Shown here piece after piece: positions 12,585-25,838 of a stretch of DNA of 64,000 nucleotides. Position numbers and translations under genes: made by a program. The DNA comes from Lytechinus pictus (lineage: Eukaryota). The stretch covers positions 6,572,001 to 6,636,000 of the forward strand of contig NC_087248.1 of assembly GCF_037042905.1 (NCBI RefSeq), read 5' to 3'. Position 1 is the stretch's first letter, and each line of letters starts with the position of its first letter. The notes under the pieces are model-generated. The model ran no database searches. It saw only the letters and a list, made by a program, of their open reading frames with translations, and was not told the origin of the DNA.

Positions 12585-13384
12585 GGGTGCGTTTATCCGC
12601 CACTTTTTTACCCTAGAATCATGATCTGAATCATGATTCAAATCACGATTCTGCCGAATCACGATTGCGTTTAGTCGAAATTGAATATAATCATGATTAG
12701 AATCACAAACATGAAACACAAAAAAAGGGGCGTTTGGAAAGACGTTTCTGCAGAATCACGTACGAAAATGTTCGAATAAACGATATCGTGATTTGAATCA
12801 TGATTCTATGACCTCACTGTGTCGGGCTACTTTCGTTTTGACTCTTGCCAAGCTCAAGGCGCTCTATATGCTCATTGTATGTACATGATTATGTACTATG
12901 CATGCATTTCTTGTCATGTTCAAGTTCCGTGTTGGTCATCGCATCGTCCACTACTTTTCATTTTTGGTCACGTCTTCAACTTCTAGTAAATGAATTAACT
13001 GGACAGACAATGATCTCAGTTGTTGTTGAGTATACAGTATCAATATTAAATTGGATCTACGCTGAAATTCACTTCCGAACACCATTTTGGATAAACTAAC
13101 AAGATGAATGGAAGCATATGGACCCTATATGATAGAAGTAAACAAAATGAGGTATAGACTGAATTCTGGAAGCAAAAGATTTTTCGAGAGCCGAAACACG
13201 TGCGAAAAACTTCCTCTGTCAAACTGCGCACTAGTGATGCGCACTGGATTGGCCCGAATCTGAGGAGAAACGGCATTGAAATGAAGGTCGTCTAAACGCT
13301 GATTCTGTGATATTGTGATTCATGTTTGTGTTTTGAATCATGATTCAAATCATGATTCTGGCTTGAGGTCGCATAAACGCAGCC
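12585..13384. mobile_element. Harbinger-like MITE, 800 bp
   Basis: TIR GGGTGCGTTTATCCG vs rc GGCTGCGTTTATGCG; AAA on both sides; clustered subterminal AATCA(T/C)GATT palindromes. Confidence 0.8.
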
Positions 13385-13790
13385 AAAGATACTCAACCTT
13401 AATGACCAATTCAACTGCTTAATCAATAATATTCTTTATGAGATCAAGTAATTCAAGTATGGCCTACTGGTATGTTTTTTTACCATTGATGATAATCAAT
13501 GACACTACATTTAGTACTTCAACCCCGTGATGTCAAATGATGTCACTTTCTTCTCAAGTCCACTATGTTTACAATACATTCAAATTTACAACTAGCTATT
13601 AATATTTGTATACTAACAAGTTGACTGTAGCCGATCACTCCAAACTAAAGTCACATACACGTAGGCTCACTACAGGGATCACCAAGTTCTAGTAGCCAGG
13701 TCCAAGTCTTACTAGGTTACCCTTTTCTGGCCCCCTAAAACAGACAGTATTCTGTAATGTGTAAAGCCTTATCATTAATTTACAGCACAA

Positions 13791-14270
13791 TAGGTGGTTT
13801 CAGACCGCCTCGCAGTTCGCCAGTTCCAGGTATTCTCTGATCGGGAAATTTACCCTGATCAGAAAATACCAGGTATTTTGGCGGTGTGAAAGCAAACTAC
13901 GCGTAATATCCCCGAAAGAAAATACCCGATAAATAGTAGGTACTTGGCGAAATTACGAGAACTTTCGCAGGGATTTTTCCAAGGTCGTGGGTATTTTGGC
14001 GGTCTGAAAGCAAATTACGGGAACTTTTAGCCCAGCGTGTCGTTGGGTGCGGCGCCGTGCATGGGTTGCTGCTGGGCTAGTGATTTTGAATTTCGCGCCT
14101 TGCTGCTTATCAGACCATACTGCGCATGCTCGTAACTTCAGGAACTTATCCCGAAGGGTATGTTTCAGGGCGGTGTGAATGCAGGAATAATTAATGGGTA
14201 TTTTTCAGCCTAAAAAAGTTCTCGTAATTTAACGGGGATTCTTGTGATCGAGGCGGTTTGAAACCACCTA
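13791..14270 (+). mobile_element. Young MITE, copy 1 (uninterrupted); coordinates include flanking TA
   Basis: TAGGTGGTTTCAGACCGCCTCG ... CGAGGCGGTTTGAAACCACCTA. TSD is TA (fits both copies) or AAT. Near-identical to 52201-53280 minus its insert. Confidence 0.92.
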
Positions 14271-14373
14271 ATGACCCATAATACCTAGCAAGAATGCTGT
14301 AATGAGTCCTCACACATCAGCTTAGGACCTCAAGAAGTAGCCATAAATGTCTGTTGGCTTGTAGACCTACTAA

Positions 14374-14836
14374 GAGGCTGTTCTCACTACGTTCCTAAAA
14401 CTAGTTTACTGGGAACCGGTTCAGAAAGCCAGTTTGGAAGATCGCTTTGCTAGCGTTCTCACTTGATCACACGAAAGTGGTTTTCAAAATCACTTCACGT
14501 ATAGCGCTCTTGTTGCTATGGAAACGCTCTCAGTGGGGAGACACGTTTCGCGCGAAATTCGAAACCGCAGCATAGGCATTCTACACCTGTCGTGTGGAGT
14601 AGCGCGCTCAAAATGTGCGAAGATCGCTTCCCGAAGAACGGTTGTGTCCTCACTTACGCTAAAACCACTTTTCCGATGCGAAGCGATCTTGAAAACTACA
14701 TCGCGAGGTGGTCTCCCAAACTGGTTTGGAAGAGCGCTTCCAAGAGCGCTTCGACCGTTCTCACTTAGCGTTAAACTAGTTTCCACTAAACTAGTTTCCA
14801 CTAAACTAGTTTAAGGAACTGAGTGAGAACAGCCTC
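14374..14836 (+). mobile_element. Harbinger-like MITE family A, copy 1
   Basis: Perfect TIR GAGGCTGTTCTCACT; TSD TAA/TAA; subterminal AAACTAGTTT palindromes; homologous to 19184-19647 and 55773-56188. Confidence 0.92.
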
Positions 14837-15873
14837 TAATAGGCAGTAGCATTGGTCAAGTCAAGTTGATTGCCAATTAGCAGGATGCCAAGATAACGAA
14901 CAGGGGAAGTTCAGCTGTAATTAGACAACTAAACAAATTTCCTTTCTCCTGCACAGACTGTCAAGTTAGCTGGAAGTCTAAATTTAATCCACCCCCTACA
15001 TCCTTAGGCCTATATTTTTTCCTTGTTTATAAATACTGTTAGTCGTTACTCATCTTCTTTGATAGGCAAGATTATGAGAGTGTACCCCAGATCACAGTCA
15101 AGTTCTCAAATTTTTTTTCTTCAGAAAATCCAATCAAATTCAGTAGGCCTGATGTTTTGCAACATAGAAATCCCAATGTGAAGCACCTTCTTTCAACAAC
15201 ATTCCTGCTATAAAAGCATTTTTGGCTTCGAAATTTCCCATTTTAATGTATATTCTCCATAAAGCAACAGGGAATAGGGGGAAATCTGCTGCAAAAGACA
15301 CCGACCAGAATTCTTGCTCAGAGCATGCTCAGAGATAGTGCACAGAATTAATGAAGTTAACTAAATGGAGTAGCATTATAATTTCTTTATATCTAGCATA
15401 GGCCTACTATATTTCTTTTAAAAAGGCAGTGGAGTTAGTATATAGCAATTTTTTTTTTTGGGGGGGGTAAATATCTTGTGCACATTGTAAAAAATATTCA
15501 TGTTCCGCATTTTGGTGAGGGAAGGGGGTAAAAATTCATACACTTGCGATGTAAAAAAACACCTGTTTGGTATTTTGTATTCTAATGTTGTATAGCCATG
15601 GGTGTACGCCTTTATCTGTTATAGCAGTATTTAAATATCTTGTATCATAACTGCTTGAAGATTAACCCCCAACATCATAACTGTGTGAAGTAGGATGAGT
15701 GTATCCATGAGTCAGGTTTGTGTCTGATCTCTTTGGATTTACCTAGGTGTTATGTTGTTAATGCTTCACCCATGAATCATTCTATGTTCACCTTTGAATT
15801 TGACATGTTAAAGAGACATTCACATTCAACGATAAATCAAAAGATTGTTGTTGTTTTTGTTAGTGCCCTTTGG

Positions 15874-15975
15874 CCCCCCCCCCCAAAAAAAAAAAATAAT
15901 AATAATGAAATAAAAATAAAAAATAAAAAATAAATAAATGAATAAATAAATAAAATAATAATAAGAAATAAGAAA
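15874..15975. repeat. C-run/A-run followed by (AAT)n/(AAAT)n low-complexity tract
   Basis: Directly visible. Confidence 0.8.
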
Positions 15976-17591
15976 AGTACATTGCTCTATTACTTTGCAT
16001 CTAAAGCATTATTCGGAGAAACAAATCTTAGATCTTAATCTTAATTCTTAGATCTTAATCTTTAATCTTATTAGGAGTAGCCAAGAAGTTGAGCCAACTT
16101 TCATTTTGAATACAGTTGTGCCCGTGTCATTCCATCTTATGTTTATACGCATGTAGTGCATATGATATTAGTCCTGTTATTTAAAAAAAATCTTTTCATG
16201 AAAAAAAAGAACCATTAGACATTCTTGATGTAAAATAATATTTTACCTTAAACCCAAACAGCAGTGTTGACGTGTTGGATTGGGAGGGGGGGGTGAATGA
16301 AATGATATACTGAGCAGTGCTTCCTAGCAACCAATGCCTAGATTTATAACTCATGAAAATATGAAATCCCTGGAAGCACTGAACTTCAAATCTGAAAATA
16401 TGACAAGGTGAACATTTTTTTATAGAGGATTAGTTCTACTTGATAGAACAGGAGGCCTATGTATTCATAGGTAACTATATTCTGGTTGAAAAAAGGAGAA
16501 GATGGGGCTACATTTTGTTTTTATATAGATTTATTGTGCAATAACATGTGTACATGTTACTTGGTCAAATTTTTCCATAATCAGAATGAGGGGCTACAAA
16601 GGTGGGATTAATGTTCAAATCTGTCTATTTTGATGATTAACTCTCATAATCGGTCTAGTGATAGACTCACCCAAATCAGATCAAACCACAATCGCCATGG
16701 AAATGGGTGATAATCTCACCTTTTGAAACAGTTTCCCTGTAATTAGCTTCATGGGGTGTGAAATTAAAATCTATTTTCACTAATCGGTTTATGATTTTGT
16801 TAGATTGCAGATCTGATTAGTATGGACATATATTGAATTAGGGCATGTCATCTGGACCTATTTTTTGCAATATTTTTTTGTCAGGACAAGAGAGGATATT
16901 TGATTCCCCTCATTACACACTGTCTTTTTTTCCAGTTGGTTACCATGGTTATTTACAACAATAAATAAATATGTCTACCTGTTAAATGACTTGGTTAACC
17001 GATAATACGTTTCAAATGGTTCTTCATCATAAAGCATTAGTAAATATTATAGGACGAAATGAAGACTAAATTTTGTTTAATTTAGTCTTTATTTTTTGCA
17101 TGTAGATTTAGAAATTATATTGCATTGGGAGTAACCTATAGGTGTTATACATATAAAACTGCTTTGAATCTAATACCCCTTTCATAAACCCAATAAAACA
17201 TATCCTCCAATTAGCCGCCTAAGAGTAATGCGGATAATTCAATAAAAATTGCGTTCACAAACTCCATAAATTATTTTTACGAGCGCCCGTCCTGAAAAAG
17301 GCGGATAATCGTCATGACAACTGGACACGCCCCCTCCAATGCGGTTGTGTTGGAAAAGGGTGACCTTGTGACCGCACCATGGCAATTATCCGCATTATTT
17401 GGAAATACGTTCATAAACTCAAAATCTTGTCCCGATGCCGCTATTATGCGGATAATAGCAGCATCAGAATAATGCGGATAACTCTTGTCCTCCTCTGATT
17501 TTACGACCAAATTATGCTGCTATTAGCCGCATAATTGTGTTTTATTTGTCTCACCTGCATAGCAGAGTGAGACTATAGGCGCCGCTTTTCC

Positions 17592-17646
17592 GACGGCGGC
17601 GGCGACGGCGGCGGCGGCGGCGGCGACGGCGGCGGCGGCGGCGGCG
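17592..17646 (+). repeat. (GGC/GAC)n trinucleotide microsatellite inside the Helentron-like element
   Basis: gacggcggcggcgacggcggcggc... directly visible. Confidence 0.95.
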
Positions 17647-17647
17647 T

Positions 17648-18455
17648 CAACACCAAATCTTAACCTGAGGTTAAGTTTTTGAAATGACAGCATAACTTAG
17701 AAAGTATATGGACCTAGTTCATGAAACTTGGCCATAAGGTTAATCAAGTATTACTGAACATCCTGCCTGAGTTTCATGTCACATGACCAAGGTCAAAGGT
17801 CATTTAGGGTCAATGAACTTAGACCATGTTGGGGGAATCAACATCAAAATCTTAACCTAAGGTTAAGTTTTTGAAATGTCATCATAACTTAGAAAATATA
17901 TGGACCTAGTTCATGAAACTAATACATAAGGTTAATCAAGTATCAATGAACATCCTGCTTGAGTTTCACATCACATGACCAAGGTCAAAGGTCATTTAGG
18001 GTCAATGAACTTTGGCCGAATTGGGGGTATCTGTTGAATTACCATCATAACTTTGAAAGTTTATGGATCTGATTCATGAAACTTCGACATAATAGTAATC
18101 AAGTATTACTGAACATCCTGTGCAAGTTTCAGGTCACATGATCAAGGTCAAAGGTCATTTAGGGTCAATGAACTTTGGCCAAATTGGGGTATTTGTTGAA
18201 TTACAGCCATAAATTTGAAAGTGTGTTGGTCTAGTTCATAAAACTTGGACATAATAGTAATCAAGTATCACTGAACATCCTGTGCAAGTTTCAGGTCACA
18301 TGATCAAGGTCAAAGGTCATGTTAAGGTCAAAGAACTTTGGCCACGTTGGGGGTATTTGTTGAATTGCCATCATATCTCTATAAGTGTATTGGTCTAGTT
18401 CATAAAACGTGGAAATAAGAGTAACCAAGTATCACTGAACATCTTGTGCGAGTTA
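17648..18455 (+). repeat. Tandem array, about 4.7 units of 162-192 bp
   Basis: Anchor ggtcaaaggtca at 17791, 17983, 18146, 18308 (periods 192, 163, 162). Confidence 0.9.
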
Positions 18456-19183
18456 TAGTAGTTTTCAAAATCAGCACTGCTGCTATATTGAATCGCGTGA
18501 TGCAGGTGAGACGGCCAGAGGCATTCCACTTGTTGGGTTTATGAAAGGGGTATTAAGCTTTCAGTTTAAAACTTATGACTGATATTTATTTTCATAGCCT
18601 GATGAAGTTTTTGTTCCTTTTCTAGGAGCATGCTTTCAGTGCATGCATCTCACCCCGAGAAATGATAAGTGAGTTTGGGTTCAGACCAGTGTCAAATGAA
18701 ATTATCATTCCCTTGGTCTCTTCACAATCCAAATTTATGTCATATCTGTCTGTTTTATGTCTCAAATTGATATATTTCATTCAGTCTTATTGCTCTGCAG
18801 AGACAGTGAAAATAATGTAGATGTATTTCATTCAAACCGTGCATGAGGGAGTGTGGTTTTAAAATGTTTGATGTCACAAATTCATGAGGGGTCATTTATT
18901 GGTCTTCGGGAATACAGTAATGCACTTTTCAGTATAGGCCTATGTCTGAGAAAGAAATGAATATTTCAGATGGAGATGAAGTTATCCTATCATCCTGTCA
19001 TCTATAGGTTGCAATAGGCTGCAATATAAGAGACATACATACTCTTTATCAAACCAATTTTTTGGGGGGAGGAGGTCATTGCAAACAAATGTAGGCTGAA
19101 TAGTCAGTTTGCATATTATTATGATCCCTTTAGAGCTTTAAGAAAATACCAATGGTTTAAAAATCCTGTCAATACATGAGTAT

Positions 19184-19647
19184 GAGGCCGTTCGCATTAC
19201 GCTTTCTAAAACTAGTTTACTGGAAACCGATTCAGGAAACCACTTTGGAAGATCGCTTTGCTAGCGTTCCCACTTGATCACACGAAAGTGGTTTTCAAAA
19301 TCACTTCACGTAAAGCGCTCTTATTGCTATGGAAACGCTCTCAGTGGGGTGACACGTTTCGCGCGAAATTCGAAACCGCAGCATAGGCATTCTACACCTG
19401 TCGTGTGGAGTAGCGCGCTCAAAATGTGCGAAGATCGCTTCCCGAAGAACGGTTGTGTCCTCACTTACGCTAAAACCAGTTTAACGAGGCAAAGCGATCT
19501 TGAAAACTACATCGCGAGGTGGTTTTCCAAACTGGTTTGGAAGATCGCTTCCAAGACCGCTTTGACCGTTCTCACTACGTGTTAAACTAGTTTCCACTAA
19601 ACTAGTTTCCAGTAAACTAGTTTTAGGAACGTAGTGAGAACAGCCTC
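19184..19647 (+). mobile_element. Harbinger-like MITE family A, copy 2
   Basis: GAGGCCGTTCGCATTACG ... CGTAGTGAGAACAGCCTC; flanks TAT/TAA; collinear with 14374-14836. Confidence 0.92.
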
Positions 19648-21300
19648 TAAAGTATTATAAGGAGGCATAAGTAAGTCAGTTGGCAGTACAGTAGGCCCTG
19701 GCTCTTCATGATTTGAACATATAGTTTTGTCTTTCGTTACACAGGACATCTCTATAAGTTTGCTGAACATGCATGTCCATCTTCAGTAGAGAGTAATCTA
19801 GTGTTGATTGGATGATCCAGATTTCAGACCACAATTCTCATTAATCATTTTAACCTATTTCTTCACCAGGGTAAAGGATGGCATTTTTCATAAAAATGCT
19901 TGTCCATTAGAATAGATCATGATTCTAACATTGTAAACCCCCCCCCCCCCCGTTGAATTAATTTGTATTCAATAAATCAAATAAGCGTTAAATGATTTTA
20001 TTTCATAAAAACGTCACTCTCTTTCATTAAAGAGACCTGTATTGATATATTGACGATGGTCACTTGACCCAGATTAGTGACTCCTGGGACTCAAACAAAG
20101 CTTATCAATCATCGGAGAACATTTTCTACGATTGATTGCATTGACTTCAATATACAATCAATCGTAAAAATCAATCTTACAATTAATTGCTAACCTTTGT
20201 GATACAGGACCTTGATCTCATGCTACAAATAAATAGACAGTTTTTCAGGTCTAAAATAAGCTCAGTTGCATACCGTGAAAAGCATTCATTGGGTTAATTT
20301 GCCAGTTGAATACTTATTGTTGCGCACTTCAATCAATAATCAGAACCAGGTTTGGAAGGTCGCTGAACTATCAGGCTCAAATTAAGATAAATAATGACCA
20401 GTATCTCCCTTGTCTTTTAATCAATGGCGTATCTTTCCCACCCTCAATCCGCTGTGGTGTTTTCGATTTACCAAGAGATATACGAGTAAAAGCGTTGCTT
20501 GTTTTGGTGTTTTATTTGTGAGTCACTCTCCGCCCTTCTTAAAAACAAATATTAAACAAGGATACATTTGTTTCTTCTTTTGTTTGTGAGAGTGAGATAA
20601 GAAAGTGTGATGTTCTATTTTTGTGAGAGCCTTTTGTTAAAATGGGTAGTGACATTTACTATTGCAATTAGCAGAAAGGAATGCGATGAGAAAATAAATG
20701 GATCCTAGTCTATTCCAAGTAGTAAGGGCCTATTTTCATATCCACCAGATGAAAAATATTTGTAAATTTTTGGAATTTTTTTCTTTTATTTTGTAGGATC
20801 ATCCCCACCTGAAGTGAACCATGAAAAGTCATCAACATTTCTTATGATTCATATTTGTTTCAATCTTGCACTAAAAACTCTAAAACAGCTGTGTCACTTT
20901 AAAATCATGAAAGATCAATCAAATTTTCTTGGAAAGCGTACCTTGCAATCGTTTCTTTCGGAAGCACAAAATTCCTCTAATGAAAATATAAAAAACAACA
21001 TACCAGCACATATTTTGCAAATAAGTGCAAAATAAATTTTGGCAATGGATAAGATAGTGTTTTTCAAGTCCTACAATGTCATTGAAGAAGAAGATGGCAT
21101 TTTCTTCTCAAAATACTTCTGACCGAATATACGAAAAGTTGACCAAAATTTTAACACACTACATCAATTACTAAGGTTTCACTGTGAAATTAGTTTCACT
21201 TTTACTAAGGGGATTTGATGTCGTTCACCTCTCAGAAGAAAATGCCAGGTCCCCCTATTGTTGTCCCCAAATGGCTTAATTGCTTCTTTTGTTTTCCTTT

Positions 21301-21853
21301 GGTTATTGGGGAGGGATGCCGAAGATATGATGCATCTGTGTATCTTCCATTCTCTCAAACTTTCTTTGACTATTATGATGATGGTGATTCATGATATATT
21401 TTAAACAGTTGTTCATATGTTGGTCAGAATTATAATTGATGTGAATTAATGGTCAATGAATCTGTTCAGTAAAGAATCTTTATAAACTCATGTAACTTGT
21501 TGATAAATGGAAAGCCCAGAAAGGTCCTGAGTCCATTATCTGTTGACACCTGACAGTTCTGCAGGCCTCCAGGTTTTGGGGAGGGATGCTGAAGAAATGA
21601 TACATCTGTGTATCTTCCATTCTCTCAAACTTATCCACTTCTTTGACTGTTATGATGATGGTGATTCATGTTATATTTTTATACAGTTGTTCATATGTTG
21701 GTCAGAATTATTATTGATGTGAATTAATGGTCAATGAATCTATTCAGTAAAGAATCTTTATAAATTCATGTAACTTGTTAATAAATGGAAAGCCCGGAAA
21801 GGTCCTGAGTCCATTATCTGTTGACAACTGACAGTTCTGCAGGCCTCCAGGTA
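21301..21853. repeat. Direct tandem duplication of about 270 bp
   Basis: gagggatgc at 21311 and 21581; both units end ...gttctgcaggcctccaggt; unit 2 has an 8-bp insertion and scattered substitutions. Confidence 0.95.
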
Positions 21854-21952
21854 TTCTGTGAAATTTATCAATTACAATCTTAGGTACAAAAATAGGCCAA
21901 GATCTTCTACGAGAATAGATCATCCATGATGGTTCTGGTAAGTTGAGTTTAA

Positions 21953-22346
21953 AGATAAATTCCAGTTTTGGTAACGATCTAAAAATGACTTTTTACAGAA
22001 TCTAATATAATGACCACCTAAGTGTCTGTTTGTATGAATAAAAAATATGTGCCAAAGGATTCTGGAAGAAATTGTGTGATTGCTGAGAAATAAGCAAAAT
22101 AAGCGCGGATTCGGTCACTTCCGTCGGGTCTTTATTTTAGCAATAATAATACACTGTCCCACGTGTGCCTATCTGTGTTGGTGATCTTCAGTGTGAACAT
22201 TTTTCAGCGTAGATTTCAAGATTTCACAAAGTTCAGTTTATGTAACTGTACCAGATCTAGATCCTCGATGATATACTGACAATTAAGCCTTGTTTTACAG
22301 ACTTTCTCATGAAATCAGTGTTTACTGCAAATACTGGAATTTCTCT
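21953..22346. mobile_element. TTAA-target (Kolobok-like) MITE, 394 bp
   Basis: TTAA on both sides; TIR AGATAAATTCCAGT vs rc AGAGAAATTCCAGT. Confidence 0.85.
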
Positions 22347-25300
22347 TTAATGTGTTTCTAGTCTATTTTTTTTCCTGCTTGGTAATGCTTGATACATAAA
22401 ACTTCAGCCCAATGTGGAGATACACCATTGTATTTTTCCACGTGAGTTCCCATGTGCTGCATTTTATTAGGCCTATATTTTTTTTATCCCTCTTGTTGGG
22501 TCTTGGTTGAGAGACGCAAGATATTGGAACGTGACAGAAGTGAAGCTTAATCCATGCCTGCCTGTCTCCCCTAATGGAATGTGTGCCTTATCGTTGTCGT
22601 AAACACCATCTTACACATAAACGTCTCTGTCTATGCCTGTCCTATCAGTGCTAAATTAGTTTAGCAACATCCTCAACTTTGACTAGCAAGATCAAGGCCT
22701 TGCGTTTCACCAGGCACGATAGCAGTGACTTGACCTAGATGTCACCAAAAGGGGCTAGGATCACAGCTAGATGATAGTCAGACAAGGTATTCAGAGATTT
22801 ATTCAAATTTTCCACCATGGCACATCAAGTCTTTCAAGACCATAGTGTCTTTTTTTGTGGGGATGGGGGATTACATTTTGATGTTCATAGGCCTAGATAT
22901 CGTCTGTTATATGTATGGAAGAGTGTAGTCTCTAAAATTCAGGCCAAAGCATTCAAAATATTTTGCATGATTTTCAAACGAAGGCCTTTCTTGACTATTT
23001 TGTTGAAGGTTCGAGCATGAATGGAGTGAGTTGCATATAGCTGCTATGTTTGCAGTTTAATTGCAGTAACACCCCATCACCCCCCCCAAAAAAAAAAAAA
23101 AAAAAAATTGTCCCTAACTACCCATCATAAGCTGGTAACCCAAGTGCATAGGTCAAAGTTCTCTTCCAAAGCACATTACAAATTCCCAGGTCCCTTTCTG
23201 ATCTCTCTAAAAAAGAGATAATCATATATAGATCTCAGAAAACTATCCAGGTTTTGAGGGGATTGAGATAGGATTTTTCAGCTTTAGATGGATAAAGCTA
23301 CAGGTAAGTAAGCCCTAAGGATATTTAAGGGGAGGGAAGGCGTCTTGGGATTTTTTGCACCTGGATGAAGCCAGGATAGGGCCTAACCCTTATCATTTGC
23401 TAGTAGGTCCATGCCCTTATGAGAAGTTCTCAAATGACTCGAGGTGTTCACAGATTTTCCATCTTACTGAAAATTTGTTCTTGGTTCGTTGATCTTGATC
23501 TTTTTCTTGAACATTGTCCAAGTTGTCTTTTATTCCAAAGGGCTTTGCGCAATCAGACTGGTTTCTCCTCATCGAATATTGACACATTTTCTAAAAGAGT
23601 GGATTAGGGATGATACGCCCTATGGCGTGGGCAAAAGATGAGGAATCGGACCTCATCCATAGGTCTAAAGAAATATAAGCTATTCTAATCTTCAGTTTCT
23701 ACTTATCTTAATTATTTGCTAAATATAGGTCTGCATGTCAGCTAGATTTAATTTGCTTGCTGTCAAAATGATATTTTCATATTAGAAAAATGTAGCCTAA
23801 ATATTTGAGATAAGAGAAATTTCCAAATCCATGCATTGAATATCTCCCTCTGGACTTTTTTGTATTGACCATATCATTTGGAACAATTTTTTTCCTCAGA
23901 AGACTGAATTATGATCAGAGAGTAAAGCCTCTTGAGTTATTCCTAGGTAACAGGCCTATTTATTCCCCCACAAAAATTGCACAGTTCCAGAAATCGTAAT
24001 CATTTCTTTTATGGGGATGAGTGCTAACTGCTATAATCTTGTCACACTTGATTTTCTTCAGGCTTCAATAGCATTGTGTGTTGCATAACAGATTTCATCT
24101 TTTGGTTGCAAAAAGGGAACCATGATAATTCTCTTTTTGTAGAACTTACAAGACACTGTCATATTATTATGCAGTGAGAGATATAAATGTTCTTTGAATA
24201 AAAAAGTTCATAGAAATTATAATGAGAAAATTTTTTACCTCGGAATTAGGTGCTGACCTCACGAGATTGTTACCTATATTCTTTTTCGAAGAACTTTTTC
24301 AGGCAGCTCCTGGCTGCCAGTCAAATGTCTCGTAAGAGTTTGCTATTAAAGTCATTATACACAACACTGATTTCTGTTTTGTCCCAGTTTTCATCATTTT
24401 CTACCCCCCCCCCCCCCTCCTTCAGCTCTATTAAAGCAATTATTTGTGTAGGCCTATATGTAAAGTAATTTGATAATTTTCTTTGATCTGTTGCATGGTA
24501 CTCATTATTATGCTTCATTCTTTATGTATGCTTTTAATTTTGTATGTTTGACGTCACCAAACAAGCCTGTTTGTTTTCGGATTCCCTGCAAATTTGTAAG
24601 AAGCCTTCATACAATGTGGCACCCTACATTAAGCAATCTTATCGAAGCAATTAGTTAAGTATCCCATTTTTAAAAACCAAAACCATGTAGATGGTGAAAC
24701 CTATCCAAAGCAAAAAGACCTCACAGTCTGACTCTATTTTTAGGTTGAATCATTAAAAGTAACTCATGTGATGGAGTCTGGGGAAGCAGCTTTTGTTGTG
24801 CTTTTTGCATTTTGTTACAGTTTTCTAGGGATTCCCTCTCATCCACCCTTATAAATGCTCTCTATTCTCTATATAGATCATGATGCATTTGTATGCCATC
24901 CGTCTGCTGTTGTCATGCGCTCTGTAAACATTTACTGTTAAGAAATTCTTCTTTTCCATGTTTAATTTGTTTAGTTTCACTCTCTCTTCATTTCATATGA
25001 AAGACTGTACTACAAAGCTTGTACAAATAGGGCCTATGCAAAACCATTTCCCCCCCCCCCAAAGATTTAGTATTTATTTCTAGTCATCTGCTCTATCTTT
25101 CTTCAGTGGTTGAATTCTGTATGAACCTTAATGGATAAGAATAATGAGAAATAACAAGTGATTCCCAGTCTAGGAATAAAAAAGAACTAAGGGTATTTCA
25201 GCCATTGTACTAATTCTACTTTACCCCCCCCCCCCAAAAAAAAAAAAATATATATATATAAAAAATCAATTAATCAGAAATGGAATCTGGCAAATCTCAT

Positions 25301-25838
25301 CTGAAAATTAAATCAGGAAAGTGTTAGAGCTTGTTATAAGTCAGAAAGCAACCACCATTGGTCATTTGTGATGCTACCTGACTTTTTCAAAAATATTCCT
25401 TGATTTGATTTAGGCCTAAGTTAAATTGTACAATGTTGGACAACCTAAGTTGTACTGTAAAAAGGAAAGAAAAAAAAGGGAGAGAGAGAAAAAAAAAAGA
25501 AGTTTTGACAATGACACAGGAATTGTCAGTATTGAAAGTCAGCCTTTGCCCCTAGTTTCAGTAATTCTTATATTTTATTTTATTGTGTCCCTTTTGAAGT
25601 TTGCATCTGAACATGGATGCACTCTTCTCCTGAGTGTGCTATGTATCATCATCTATCTAAAGCTGGTTGGATCATGGAGAATAATTCAGCTGAAATGATT
25701 GATATCCTGCCAGGTTTATCCTATACCTAGATCAATGAGTTATGAATGGCGGCGCATGTGAACAGACAGGTGGACGAACACCTTTACCTTTAGTAGTCTC
25801 AGATTGAAGACCCCATCGGTCAGTTTCAGCCAATCACA

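Larger units (their letters stand above)
17546..18533 (+). mobile_element. Non-autonomous Helentron-type element (DINE-1/pearl/Tsp-like architecture)
   Basis: 5' subTIR GTCTCACCTGCA with adjacent hairpin partner (gcag-a-gtgagac), (GGC)n microsatellite, tandem array, 3' subTIR TGCAGGTGAGAC about 20 nt from the end; inserted in a TT context with no clear TSD. Confidence 0.8.
17174..18552. mobile_element. TAC-ended MITE whose right TIR is split by a Helentron-like insert
   Basis: Left TACCCCTTTCATAAACCCAATAAAACA; right TGTTTTATT [insert] GGGTTTATGAAAGGGGTA; flanks TAA/TTA; repeated GCGGATAA motifs. Confidence 0.85.

Noticed and set aside
12960-13200. Possible Myb/MADF remnant inside the Harbinger-like MITE (INWTD, LYDRS peptides)
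   Set aside because: Needs stops and frameshifts to assemble; too short to support without an HMM search.
14490-14814. ORFs of about 100 aa recurring at 14490-14814, 19274-19585 and 55799-56101
   Set aside because: All lie inside MITE family A; frames differ between copies, and no transposase motif is present.
23288-23309. ATG GAT AAA GCT ACA G|GTAAGT as another first exon
   Set aside because: Phase 1, incompatible with the 51171 acceptor; it shows such motifs can occur by chance or as non-coding exons.
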